Shown: positions 10,292 through 19,262 of the stretch, piece after piece
Position numbering within the stretch: the stretch's first letter is position 1
How the letters are laid out: each line of letters starts with the position of its first letter
NCBI GenBank assembly: GCA_965230295.1
Contig: OZ246001.1
Coordinates: forward strand, 608,001 to 672,000
Length of the DNA: 64,000 bases
Source of the DNA: Marinicella sp.
GTDB lineage: Bacteria; Pseudomonadota; Gammaproteobacteria; Xanthomonadales; Marinicellaceae
Direction: 5' to 3'
Notes under the pieces: model-generated
Seen by the model: the letters and a program-made list of their open reading frames with translations, nothing else
What the model was told of the DNA's origin: nothing
Databases searched by the model: none
Translations under genes and position numbers: made by a program

Positions 10292-11584
10292 ATGAAATTG
10301 AAAACTGCAATACTGACTGGCCTGATGGGCTTCAGTGGGATGGCTGCTGCGACAACCACCACTGCAAACACCAACGTCAACGTTGAAGTCAAAGACGGCA
10401 CAGGCAAAGTGGTCGTCATCAAAAATGTTGATGGTGATCAACAAACTTTTGAAGAGTCATTTACGGTTGGCCCAGACACCGACATCGATGCTGAAATTGC
10501 AGCCATCATGGAAGCACATGGACTTGACCAAGGCGAAAAGCATGTTCATAAAGAAGTCATCAAATTGGGTGACCACAGCAGCAACAAAATGGTGTGGGTA
10601 CAAAAAAGCGGTGATGTCGACATGAACTTGGTGGGTGGTAAAGCCACCGTGGTCATTAAGAAAGACAACAACGGTGATGTTGAAGTCATTGAGGAAACTT
10701 TTGACATGGAAGATGGTACAGACATCAATGTTCTGGTTGATCAATTGATGGAAGAACATGGCATCGAAGTTGGAGATGCTGAAGTGCATCGCAAAGTCAT
10801 CCAACTAGACAAAAGCTTCACTCGAATTGATGATGACAAGCCACGCATGGGCTTTATGGCCACAGTGAATGATGAAGGCTGGGAAATCATGTCAGTGGTT
10901 CCTGACAGTGGTGCAGCTGAAGCCGGCATCCAAAAAGGTGATGTGGTCATCAGCATCGATGGTGAAAGCACCGCCAAAGATGGTTTAGGTCTGACTGAGT
11001 TCATTGCCATGGATCATCAGGTTGGTGATGTCAGTGAAGTGGTGGTGCTGCGTGATGGCAACACCATTGCCATGAATGTGGCTGCTCGGGTCCTTGATTC
11101 ACCGGACATCATCATGGAAATGAACGGCAAGAACAAATGGTTCTCCTCATCTGGCAAAGATTTTAAATTCACCACTGGTGATTTGGATTCCATGTTCGAA
11201 GGTTTACATGTGGATGTTGAGCATTTGGGCGAAATGGTTGAAGGCTTGGGTGATCATGACATCCGCGTGGTTACCACGGGTGATGCCGATGCCTACTTCT
11301 TCTCTGGCAGTAAAATGAACCAATGGTTGGGTAAGAACCACCACTTTTCAACAGTCACTGAATCCTTGGGCAAATACTTTGGCACCCAACAAGGTGTTCT
11401 GGTCCTGGAGGTTGATGAAAACAATAAACTCGGCTTACAAGACGGTGATGTGATTCTTTCCATCAATGGTGATGATGTTAAATCACCCAAAGATGTGGTT
11501 AAAATCATGTCTGGGTTCAAGACTGATGAGTCATTTGAAATCGAAATCATCCGTGAAAAAGAAACCTTATATTTAGAGTCTTAA
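10292..11584 (+). CDS. Secreted PDZ domain protein with duplicated N-terminal module
   Basis: Signal peptide; two PDZ-like domains (SGAAEAGIQKGDVVISIDG; GLQDGDVILSING). Confidence 0.8.
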   Translation: MKLKTAILTGLMGFSGMAAATTTTANTNVNVEVKDGTGKVVVIKNVDGDQQTFEESFTVGPDTDIDAEIAAIMEAHGLDQGEKHVHKEVIKLGDHSSNKMVWVQKSGDVDMNLVGGKATVVIKKDNNGDVEVIEETFDMEDGTDINVLVDQLMEEHGIEVGDAEVHRKVIQLDKSFTRIDDDKPRMGFMATVNDEGWEIMSVVPDSGAAEAGIQKGDVVISIDGESTAKDGLGLTEFIAMDHQVGDVSEVVVLRDGNTIAMNVAARVLDSPDIIMEMNGKNKWFSSSGKDFKFTTGDLDSMFEGLHVDVEHLGEMVEGLGDHDIRVVTTGDADAYFFSGSKMNQWLGKNHHFSTVTESLGKYFGTQQGVLVLEVDENNKLGLQDGDVILSINGDDVKSPKDVVKIMSGFKTDESFEIEIIREKETLYLES

Positions 11585-11586
11585 AC

Positions 11587-11616
11587 TTGCTATCGCATTC
11601 TGTCTTTTGATAGAAT
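11587..11616 (+). promoter_or_regulatory. Sigma70-like promoter for tRNA-Val
   Basis: TTGCTA-N18-TAGAAT with TG extension, followed by a GC-rich discriminator (ACGCGC). Confidence 0.5.
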
Positions 11617-11630
11617 ACGCGCTCTCTGAG

Positions 11631-11660
11631 AAACAAAGCCCGAATCCGGGCTTTGTTTTT
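11631..11660 (+). terminator. Intrinsic terminator-like hairpin
   Basis: AAACAAAGCCCG-aatc-CGGGCTTTGTTT followed by TT. Confidence 0.6.
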
Positions 11661-11685
11661 GGATTTCAGACTGTTCAAGTCTTGT

Positions 11686-11760
11686 GGACGCGTAGCTCAG
11701 CGGGAGAGCACTTCGTTGACATCGAAGGGGTCACTGGTTCAATCCCAGTCGTGTCCACCA
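11686..11760 (+). tRNA. tRNA-Val (GAC)
   Basis: Acceptor stem GGACGCG/CGTGTCC, TAGCTCAG D arm, anticodon arm CTTCG-ttGACat-CGAAG, GGTTCAATC T loop, encoded CCA. Confidence 0.97.
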
Positions 11761-11786
11761 ATTTTCTTAATCCACCTGCTGTTCAA

Positions 11787-12317
11787 TTACACTGATTGAT
11801 CGTACGCTTCTTTGATCCACCCCATCAATTCATCATCCACATCTGCGACATCAGTCAGTTGGACCCTGTGGGTACACATGGAACCAAATGGTCCAGAATC
11901 CCCGAGCCGATCGGTGGTGGCCTTACCTTTTAACTTCAAACCCAAATCAATGCGTTTCTTGGTGGCTGGTTTAATCAAAGCAAACTGATGTTTCCTGATG
12001 AAACTGACTGCCGTTTTTTTGGGTGTCTCTGTGACATCATCGCCGAACGCCTTGATGTTTTTTTCCAATGTATCGAAGATGGGTTTGAGCGCTTCTTTAC
12101 CTTGGTATTGATTGGACAGCAAATCACCATCATCTTGAGATGCCGCATCTGATGCCCTTGTTTTGTGCGCCACAAAATTGGCAAAGCCATGGGTAAAGCC
12201 GTGCTCTGCTTTCAGAAAATCAATCATTGCTTTGTGTTTGTCAATACCCGTTTTTTTAACCACCGCAACCCAATGCTTTAGGTCTTTGCCAGTTTTTTCT
12301 AACAACCCTTTTTCCAT
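11787..12317 (-). CDS. DUF4287/DUF5655 domain protein
   Basis: EKTGK..HW...LKAEHGFTHGFAN followed by QFALIKPATKKRIDLGL. Confidence 0.75.
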   Translation of the reverse strand: MEKGLLEKTGKDLKHWVAVVKKTGIDKHKAMIDFLKAEHGFTHGFANFVAHKTRASDAASQDDGDLLSNQYQGKEALKPIFDTLEKNIKAFGDDVTETPKKTAVSFIRKHQFALIKPATKKRIDLGLKLKGKATTDRLGDSGPFGSMCTHRVQLTDVADVDDELMGWIKEAYDQSV

Positions 12318-12351
12318 ATCATCACCTCTATTACTTATTTATTGTATTATT

Positions 12352-12768
12352 TCACATAAAACCTATGATGCCACCCATGCAAGTCATGGCAACCACACAA
12401 TACCCTGCATTGATGGCATAAGCTTGGATCGACCTGTGCTCAAATAGATAAAGGATTCCCAATAAGGTAGCAACCCAGCCGAAACCAGCAAAAAAACCTG
12501 CCATCAATCCAAAACTCAAATCTGCATCCGGACCCATAAAAAGCGCCAAATTGATCGCTGCAATCAAAGCCAGTAAAAATGACAAACCAAAAACTTTTGG
12601 CATGTTTCTGCTGGCCAAGTCATCTTCTGTGAGTCCGAATGCTTGCATCCACGCTTTGCCAAACAAGGGCCCATACCAAAGACCACCAACCACAAAGAAC
12701 CCAAACACGGTCGCAGTCAAAATGGCCAACCAGTTAATGTGGCCAAACGATCCCGTCACATCCATCAT
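12352..12768 (-). CDS. DUF1761 family membrane protein
   Basis: INWLAIL...GGLWYGPLFGKAWM; four TM helices. Confidence 0.8.
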   Translation of the reverse strand: MMDVTGSFGHINWLAILTATVFGFFVVGGLWYGPLFGKAWMQAFGLTEDDLASRNMPKVFGLSFLLALIAAINLALFMGPDADLSFGLMAGFFAGFGWVATLLGILYLFEHRSIQAYAINAGYCVVAMTCMGGIIGFM

Positions 12769-12854
12769 ATGCTCCCAATAAAAAAGTCCAATTTAGGTGA
12801 ATCAGGATCAGACGTATTGTAAAAAATTAACCAAGGACTGCCTTACAGTCCTTC

Positions 12855-13676
12855 TTAGTCCAATGGAAAGAAGTTTGGCGGCTCATGCTGCAAGTCCTGG
12901 TTGATGAACTCACTGGGGTTAAACCCTGAAAAGTGTTGAAATTCTTTGATGAAGTGAGATTGGTCTGAAAAACCGCATTGGTAAGCCACATCAGACCAAT
13001 TGATGTTATTTTTGGCTTGAATGGTTAAGAGTAAGTCATTAAACCTTAAGATGCGTTGGTAGTATTTTGGCGTCAATCCGACATATTTTTTGAATTGATC
13101 GATCATGTGTTTTTGTGAATTTGGATAGTTTTTGATGATTTCCGAATATTTTTCTGCAGGCTCGGCTTGTAGTTGTTTTATGAGGATTTGAATATCTTTC
13201 GGTATTGTCAAATTGCGTTCAAAAAGGTCTAACAACCACTGTTCTGCCAGTGCCATTTTATCTGTGGTCAATTCGGCTCGTAAAATTCGCGACCTTAAAT
13301 GTAAGACTTCATTGCCGAAAACCCCGTCTGCGGCAATGACAGTATCATTGAACTGATGCATGGGGCGATGGAAAAAAGGCATGGCACCACCCGCTTTAAA
13401 CTGTACCACCAACATTTCAGAGTTTTCGTGGGCTGAAATGGCCAGATGGTGTTTGTGCATCCCTGAAATCCAAACTTCTTTGAACTCAGCATTGGGTTTA
13501 AGTGTTGCATGGTCAAATGTGTTTCTGGTAAATCCATCCAGTTCAAACAACAAAAACACATGACCCGTTGGTACCACCCTTTCAATAGAATGGTCCGGTT
13601 GAAAGTTCTTGAAATGAAAAATCGACTCAACAAATGGCACCAAAGCTTCAGACAAGTTGTGCTGAGAGAATATCAT
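12855..13676 (-). CDS. AraC family transcriptional regulator
   Basis: C-terminal FKKYVGLTPK and CGFSDQSHFIKEF..FSG HTH motifs. Confidence 0.9.
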   Translation of the reverse strand: MIFSQHNLSEALVPFVESIFHFKNFQPDHSIERVVPTGHVFLLFELDGFTRNTFDHATLKPNAEFKEVWISGMHKHHLAISAHENSEMLVVQFKAGGAMPFFHRPMHQFNDTVIAADGVFGNEVLHLRSRILRAELTTDKMALAEQWLLDLFERNLTIPKDIQILIKQLQAEPAEKYSEIIKNYPNSQKHMIDQFKKYVGLTPKYYQRILRFNDLLLTIQAKNNINWSDVAYQCGFSDQSHFIKEFQHFSGFNPSEFINQDLQHEPPNFFPLD

Positions 13677-13700
13677 TCAGTGCATCAATTACAATAGAAA

Positions 13701-13741
13701 TGGTGTTGAATGACCCAAGCTCATCAGGTCATTCAACACCA
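13701..13741 (-). terminator. Hairpin downstream of the amine-oxidase-like gene
   Basis: Perfect 15-bp stem TGGTGTTGAATGACC / GGTCATTCAACACCA. Confidence 0.6.
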
Positions 13742-13750
13742 GGTTGTTAA

Positions 13751-15538
13751 CTATTCAAAGTCATCTTCAAAGATCAAATCGAATGGGGCCACACAATTAA
13801 CAGTCACTTGTACTGCCGCTGACGAACCACCATTCAGGGTGTAGGTAAAATCATCAGTGGGGTTACCATCATTGCAGTAATCCATCAAGGGCGAATATTC
13901 CACATTCGCACCGGCTGCTCCAATGATGACCGTACCATTGGCAGGTTGAGTTACTGAATCAACAAATCTAGGACCGCCATCAGGATCAAAGTCATTACTG
14001 ATGACATCGATCACTACATCGACCTCATTTTCATTCAAGCTAGCCACATCGGGACTAGCGGTTGGCAAAGAGTCTATACATGCTACAGTGATGTTTACAG
14101 TGGTTGAGGAACCACCATTGAGGGTATAACTGAAATCATCAGTTGGGCTGCCGTCATTGCAATAATCGGCATCAGGCGTGTACAACAGCGCTGACCCTCC
14201 CGATCCAATCACCACAGTTCCATTGACAGGTTGTGTCACTTGACTCACAAATTTAGGGCCACCATCAACATCGGTATCATTGAACAGCACATCTATCACA
14301 TTATCTGTGGTGTTTTCATCGACTGTCTCAATGTCAGCATTGGCTTGCGGTGCAGCACTCAGTTGCCAGTCACCAACAGGATGCAAAGTGGGACCACCGG
14401 TCTTACATAACATGCCATCAGGAGCGATGTCGTTGACTGCAGTTCTATACCAAAACACCAGGTTCTCACCAACCAATGATTCTGGAAGGTTCCCTGGGTC
14501 ATTCACATCACCAACCAAGTTTTCCTCTTCCAATTGACAATCGAACAGAGAATTATCAGGTTGGTCAGCATACTCTGGCACACCATTATTTAATTTGTAC
14601 TTTGTGGCCATCACATCCACTTCATGGAACCCAACTCCGCTGGGATCAGCAGGTACAGCATAATCATCGATTTCGCCTTTTTGTGAATCACCACCGCCTC
14701 CAGCTACCACCCGGTATCCTCTACCACTCACGCTGTCTTTAATCACCCAAGTGACTTCATCAGTAAAAACATTGGGGTCATTGGGTTGACCACTGGTGAT
14801 TTCCCGAAAATCTGCGAACTCAGTGGTCTGTAAGGTTTCTCCACTCGAGTCAGCAATGAACACCTGATCGTCGTTGATGCCATCAATGTCAAAGTTCAAC
14901 CGCCAATAAGCATGATGCCAGTGAGTTGTCGAATTTTGGGTGCCATTTCTGTTCCCAAAACCAAATCGGGGCTGTATGCGACCATCGGCATGAAATATAT
15001 ACCGCACTGAATATTTATACCAAGAAGCCGCATGATTGGTGGTCAAAACCATACGGTCGCTGTATTTTTCAACCTGAACACCAGTGATACAATCTACGGG
15101 GTTGCCAGCCTGGCCTCCTTGAGGCAAATCGAAAGGACAAAAACCAACGCCATTAGAGTCTGTTGCTGAAGTAGAAACATCACATGTGGTTATGGCTGGC
15201 CTGGTTGGGTTTTCAACCACGTCTGCTCTTAAAAACTCTGCATTGTCGTCTTTCCAGTCTCGATAGCACAAACCAGAGGTGTATTGAGCAAACAATATGG
15301 GGACATGCGCACGCTCTAACACCAACAGCTCATTAAAGTAAACATTTCTGACTTCCAAGCTAGACCCCCTTGACGCAGAACTTTGACCGGGTGACAAATA
15401 ACACATTTCCCACACGGGATCGACTGTTGGCCACCCAACATATGTTTCATTGATGTTGGTATCACAAATGGATGGCCCCACTGCAGCTGAAACATGGCTG
15501 GAAACCAGACATGTGAAAATAAGTATCAAGTATTTCAT
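13751..15538 (-). CDS. Secreted copper-amine-oxidase-like protein with two Ig-like (cadherin/Big_9) repeats and a DLIFEDDFE tail
   Basis: Signal peptide; WYKY...DGRI and HWHHAYWRLNFDIDG resemble the CuAO core; two ~92-aa repeats containing DV..ND.D.DG. Confidence 0.65.
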   Translation of the reverse strand: MKYLILIFTCLVSSHVSAAVGPSICDTNINETYVGWPTVDPVWEMCYLSPGQSSASRGSSLEVRNVYFNELLVLERAHVPILFAQYTSGLCYRDWKDDNAEFLRADVVENPTRPAITTCDVSTSATDSNGVGFCPFDLPQGGQAGNPVDCITGVQVEKYSDRMVLTTNHAASWYKYSVRYIFHADGRIQPRFGFGNRNGTQNSTTHWHHAYWRLNFDIDGINDDQVFIADSSGETLQTTEFADFREITSGQPNDPNVFTDEVTWVIKDSVSGRGYRVVAGGGGDSQKGEIDDYAVPADPSGVGFHEVDVMATKYKLNNGVPEYADQPDNSLFDCQLEEENLVGDVNDPGNLPESLVGENLVFWYRTAVNDIAPDGMLCKTGGPTLHPVGDWQLSAAPQANADIETVDENTTDNVIDVLFNDTDVDGGPKFVSQVTQPVNGTVVIGSGGSALLYTPDADYCNDGSPTDDFSYTLNGGSSTTVNITVACIDSLPTASPDVASLNENEVDVVIDVISNDFDPDGGPRFVDSVTQPANGTVIIGAAGANVEYSPLMDYCNDGNPTDDFTYTLNGGSSAAVQVTVNCVAPFDLIFEDDFE

Positions 15539-15602
15539 TTATTGTCCTCTTTTTTAAGTTTTGAGAATAAGCATCTGTCTATTTTTCAATTTTATTATTC
15601 GC

Positions 15603-16169
15603 TCAGTTTCTCAAATGGTGGTTGTATGTCGGGTAAGGTATTGTGCGGTCAGTCAACCTCACAATTGAATGCAAAATGATGGGTTTTGACTCATTGTTGG
15701 CAAAGATGTGAACGCAGCGCAGACCCCGTGAGCACGGTTGATCCTCGCCTTTGTCAGCATAAGTAAAACCACCAAACAGTTCAATAGGCCCCTGTTCTTT
15801 CTGCAAGATGCCTTGTACGGTTGGATGGGCCTTGAATAAATCAAATGCCAGCAGCATTTCTTCTTTTGTGATGCTGCCATCATAATCAACACCGTATACT
15901 TCGCTCAATAACTTACCATCCAAATCGTAGACTCGCATGAATCCCTGTTTTTTATGATAATTATAACCTTGAGCATATTTGCGTTTCAGTTTACCTGCAT
16001 CGGTGTGAATCACATCAACCCATATATCTACGGTTAATTCCAACCAATTTCCATCATCATCTAATGTGATTTTATAGGCCGGGTCCGGTAATTCCTCATC
16101 AAACAATGGTTTATATTCAATGCCATCAACAGTGTTTGATAATAACAAGATAAGCCAGATCAATTTCAT
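15603..16169 (-). CDS. Hypothetical secreted protein
   Basis: Signal-like N-terminus; ATGA overlap with the cytochrome gene; C-x5-C motif (CSRGLRC). Confidence 0.65.
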   Translation of the reverse strand: MKLIWLILLLSNTVDGIEYKPLFDEELPDPAYKITLDDDGNWLELTVDIWVDVIHTDAGKLKRKYAQGYNYHKKQGFMRVYDLDGKLLSEVYGVDYDGSITKEEMLLAFDLFKAHPTVQGILQKEQGPIELFGGFTYADKGEDQPCSRGLRCVHIFANNESKPIILHSIVRLTDRTIPYPTYNHHLRN

Positions 16170-18016
16170 AACGAAACCTCCAGTAAATCAGTGACCATAT
16201 CCACCGGAGCAGATTTACCATAATCTTCCCATAACTGTTTCATGAATGCGCCTCTTGACTGATCTTGAGGACCCACTGACCAGTTACGATCACACATCAA
16301 GTTCTCCGAAGGGGTGCTGTTGGCAGTTGCTTCAGCATCCAGAAAGTCAATATATTCTTTACTGGCAGTTTGATATTTTAATGTGGCAAAGACAGTGATT
16401 GGGAGTTGGGCTCCAGATATGGGAATGGTATAACGCGTGGTGTCGTAATTCACTAAATATTCAGAAGATTGTGGATCTGTTGGATAATTTTGGCCAACTG
16501 GTTTAAGGGTGATGTCATCCCCTCCCCTGAACCCCAATGGTGGAATGCGATTGTCTTTGTAGATGCAATCATTAAGTACGAAGTGAAACATTTTTTGGTT
16601 GCTGCTGTCTTCAATTTCACAAGTATCGTTGAGTTCATTCCATTGGCCTTGTAATGATTCATAAATCTTGATCTGCGGATCTTCAGTCAATACAGCTGTC
16701 ACTGGATCATAAGCCCCAGATTCAAAAAGATCCACCGCCAAATCATCTGTAGCAACCACATTCAACCACATACGCCGACCTTCAGGATAACCTGTTGGCA
16801 ATTTGTGCCCGGTTAAATTGGTTACCCTCACATCAACGACCAAATTGTTGCCATCATTGGAAACCAGTTCCACATCGATTGCTGCACTGTTCAATTGAAG
16901 CATATTGGTTGCGTAGGTGGTGGTCAGGTCCAGCATTTCTTTTATGCCTTGGTCAACCACTTCCAATTGGTCGCCATAAATGGCTTTGATGACTTGAGGC
17001 ACCCATGTATTACCACCTGCAAACTGATGGGTACGCATGTTATTTTCACGATCACCAGGCGCATTGAAAACACAGGCCCTTGAGGCCATGTCAGTTGATT
17101 GAGGCATGTGGCATCCCTGGCAAGTTTGGCCCTCTGTAAGCACTGGTATTTGACCGTAGTCAGCCATTTCTGACCCATCCCGAAAAATCAAATCCGCGAA
17201 TAATGATAATTTCCACTCTGTATATGTCCTTTCTATCGGCATGGGTAGGCTGGTCTCTGTCAATGTTTCATTGTTCCAAAAAAGCTGCGCATAGCTCAGC
17301 ACACCGTTGTTATCTATTTCAGGTGATGACACGTCATGGCAACTGCCACAAAATTCGGCAGATTGGATGAAGCTGGAATAAGACCATTCATGAGGCGGTT
17401 GTCCAACTGGGCTGCCTGCTTCATATTTGTAGGGCCCTTTGCGACAAGGGCCTTGACCTGGAAGGCATTCATCGTCATCCATCCAGACGTTACCATTTTC
17501 AATGATTTGTGGTTCTCCATTGGGCCCATATTGGTCGATGCGATGACAAAAATGACAGGTCACACCGCTGTAATCATTGGTGGCGCTGTTAATGGCTGTA
17601 TGATTGCCTTGAAGTTCACAACCATCAGCGCCATCTACCAAGGGTAAACCTGCACTGGCCGGTTTAACCACATTACCTTTGAACCAACCTTGTGGTGTGT
17701 GACACTTTAAACAAAAATCTCCCACTCCTGGAACATCATTGTTGGCCACATCAAGAGCAGCCCAGAATAAAGGATCTCTGGTGGCTTGAGCTTTCATTGA
17801 ACCAGCCCATGTGGTATAGGGCATGAAATGTTTGTCATTGTCATAGTTAGGGTCGCCAAAGTAGCCAGCATGACAACTGTGGCATTCAGCAGGTCCTGAT
17901 AAACCAAAATTCAACCCAGGCTGGCTGGCGTGTGGAGTGAAATCAATTGGGTCGCCCGCGTGGACTGAATGACTGACACTGCAAACAGTGATTAGATACA
18001 AAAATATACGAATCAT
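16166..18016 (-). CDS. Secreted multiheme (5 CxxCH) cytochrome c
   Basis: Signal peptide; CHSCH, CLKCH, CHFCH, CGSCH, CQGCH; C-terminal GHKLPTG beta domain. Confidence 0.85.
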   Translation of the reverse strand: MIRIFLYLITVCSVSHSVHAGDPIDFTPHASQPGLNFGLSGPAECHSCHAGYFGDPNYDNDKHFMPYTTWAGSMKAQATRDPLFWAALDVANNDVPGVGDFCLKCHTPQGWFKGNVVKPASAGLPLVDGADGCELQGNHTAINSATNDYSGVTCHFCHRIDQYGPNGEPQIIENGNVWMDDDECLPGQGPCRKGPYKYEAGSPVGQPPHEWSYSSFIQSAEFCGSCHDVSSPEIDNNGVLSYAQLFWNNETLTETSLPMPIERTYTEWKLSLFADLIFRDGSEMADYGQIPVLTEGQTCQGCHMPQSTDMASRACVFNAPGDRENNMRTHQFAGGNTWVPQVIKAIYGDQLEVVDQGIKEMLDLTTTYATNMLQLNSAAIDVELVSNDGNNLVVDVRVTNLTGHKLPTGYPEGRRMWLNVVATDDLAVDLFESGAYDPVTAVLTEDPQIKIYESLQGQWNELNDTCEIEDSSNQKMFHFVLNDCIYKDNRIPPLGFRGGDDITLKPVGQNYPTDPQSSEYLVNYDTTRYTIPISGAQLPITVFATLKYQTASKEYIDFLDAEATANSTPSENLMCDRNWSVGPQDQSRGAFMKQLWEDYGKSAPVDMVTDLLEVSL

Positions 18017-18254
18017 GTTGTGTGGTTTTTATGCGGTCAATTTTAAACCCAATGATTATAGGCATAATAAGCACAAATGCCTACTCATCTAAGCATAAAT
18101 TGACATAAAAAGCCGTCTATTTGTACATTTAAGTCAGAAATTTTCGATTTCATCAGCAAATCTGTCCAATTACACTGGTTCTCCATGGCCAAGATTGATT
18201 CTAATTCTGGCCATTCGCAATGAATAATCAACTTAACAATATGAGGAGAAATAC

Positions 18255-18509
18255 ATGAAGTTATTCAAAAGCATAGTTATCGCAAGCCTGTTGTTGGCAC
18301 AAACTGTCATGGCAGCCGTTAACATCAACACCGCCGATGCCGATAAAATTGCCAGTGAGCTCAAAGGAATCGGGCTTTCAAAAGCAACCGCGATTGTGGC
18401 CTATCGAGCCAAAAACGGCCCTTTCGAAACGGTGGAGCAGCTGACCAAAGTCAAAGGCATTGGCTTGAAAACAGTCGAGAAAAACCGCAAAGAAATATTA
18501 TTGAAATAA
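18255..18509 (+). CDS. ComEA family helix-hairpin-helix DNA-binding protein
   Basis: Signal peptide, VNINTA, LKGIG..KA..IV.YR..NGPF, VKGIG. Confidence 0.9.
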   Translation: MKLFKSIVIASLLLAQTVMAAVNINTADADKIASELKGIGLSKATAIVAYRAKNGPFETVEQLTKVKGIGLKTVEKNRKEILLK

Positions 18510-18558
18510 ACCAGAACCATTGAGACTTCTCAGTTTCAAACACATTGACCCGGCTGGT

Positions 18559-18918
18559 TTATAATGAATCAGTCGGGTCCTCTGTTTGTTCTGTGTCTGA
18601 ACTTTTCAAGTACTTAATGGTGACTTCTCTGGATTTGCGATTGATCAACTGGTTTTTTATTTGCTCTTCAGTCAGCAAATTTTCAGCAGATTCGGACAGG
18701 TGTTCAAAAACCTCTTTATAACTGTTGGTCAGGTTATCAATCAAATCGGCCGTCTTGGCAAAATGACTTTCTACATCTTGTTGGTAATTTTGCAACTGCT
18801 CTTCAACCGCTTTAACCGATGGTCCCGTGGTTTTATTTCGCAATGAGAAATACATAAAAAGACCACCAATAACCAATCCAACAATCCCTGCCAATACCAT
18901 GTTCAAAACATCATCCAT
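18559..18918 (-). CDS. zapG: YhcB/ZapG (DUF1043) family protein
   Basis: N-terminal TM; YQQDVESHFAKTADLIDNLTNSYKEVFEHL. Confidence 0.8.
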   Translation of the reverse strand: MDDVLNMVLAGIVGLVIGGLFMYFSLRNKTTGPSVKAVEEQLQNYQQDVESHFAKTADLIDNLTNSYKEVFEHLSESAENLLTEEQIKNQLINRKSREVTIKYLKSSDTEQTEDPTDSL

Positions 18919-18929
18919 TTCATCACCTC

Positions 18930-19262
18930 TTAATCATTTTCTTGTACCAACACCCACGGTGCCACTGTGACTGCTTGCAATTCAGTGCGATTCGCAAGCC
19001 ATTTTTCCGCATGCTCATCATGTGCCCTCACCAACTGTTCCTGTTCCATCCACAGCTTAATCTGATCTGCATTATCGGCATGGATCTGAACCGCCGCTTC
19101 AATCAAATCAAGGCGAGCATCAACCTTGATTAAAATGCCTTTGGCGAAGTGCTTTTGGAGTTCATGAAAACCGATCACACCAAGTTCGCGCTCAAAATGT
19201 TCTCGGGGGGTCATGTCTTCATCTGATTTGACGGGCTGTTCTTGTGTCATTTTTTCTGCCAT
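18930..19262 (-). CDS. DUF2288 family protein
   Basis: ELQKHFAKG...LDLIEAA...AVTVAPWVLVQ. Confidence 0.8.
   Translation of the reverse strand: MAEKMTQEQPVKSDEDMTPREHFERELGVIGFHELQKHFAKGILIKVDARLDLIEAAVQIHADNADQIKLWMEQEQLVRAHDEHAEKWLANRTELQAVTVAPWVLVQEND

Noticed and set aside
11686-18016. Genomic island integrated at tRNA-Val
   Set aside because: Accessory-looking genes follow the tRNA, but I found no integrase, no duplicated tRNA 3' end and no obvious compositional shift
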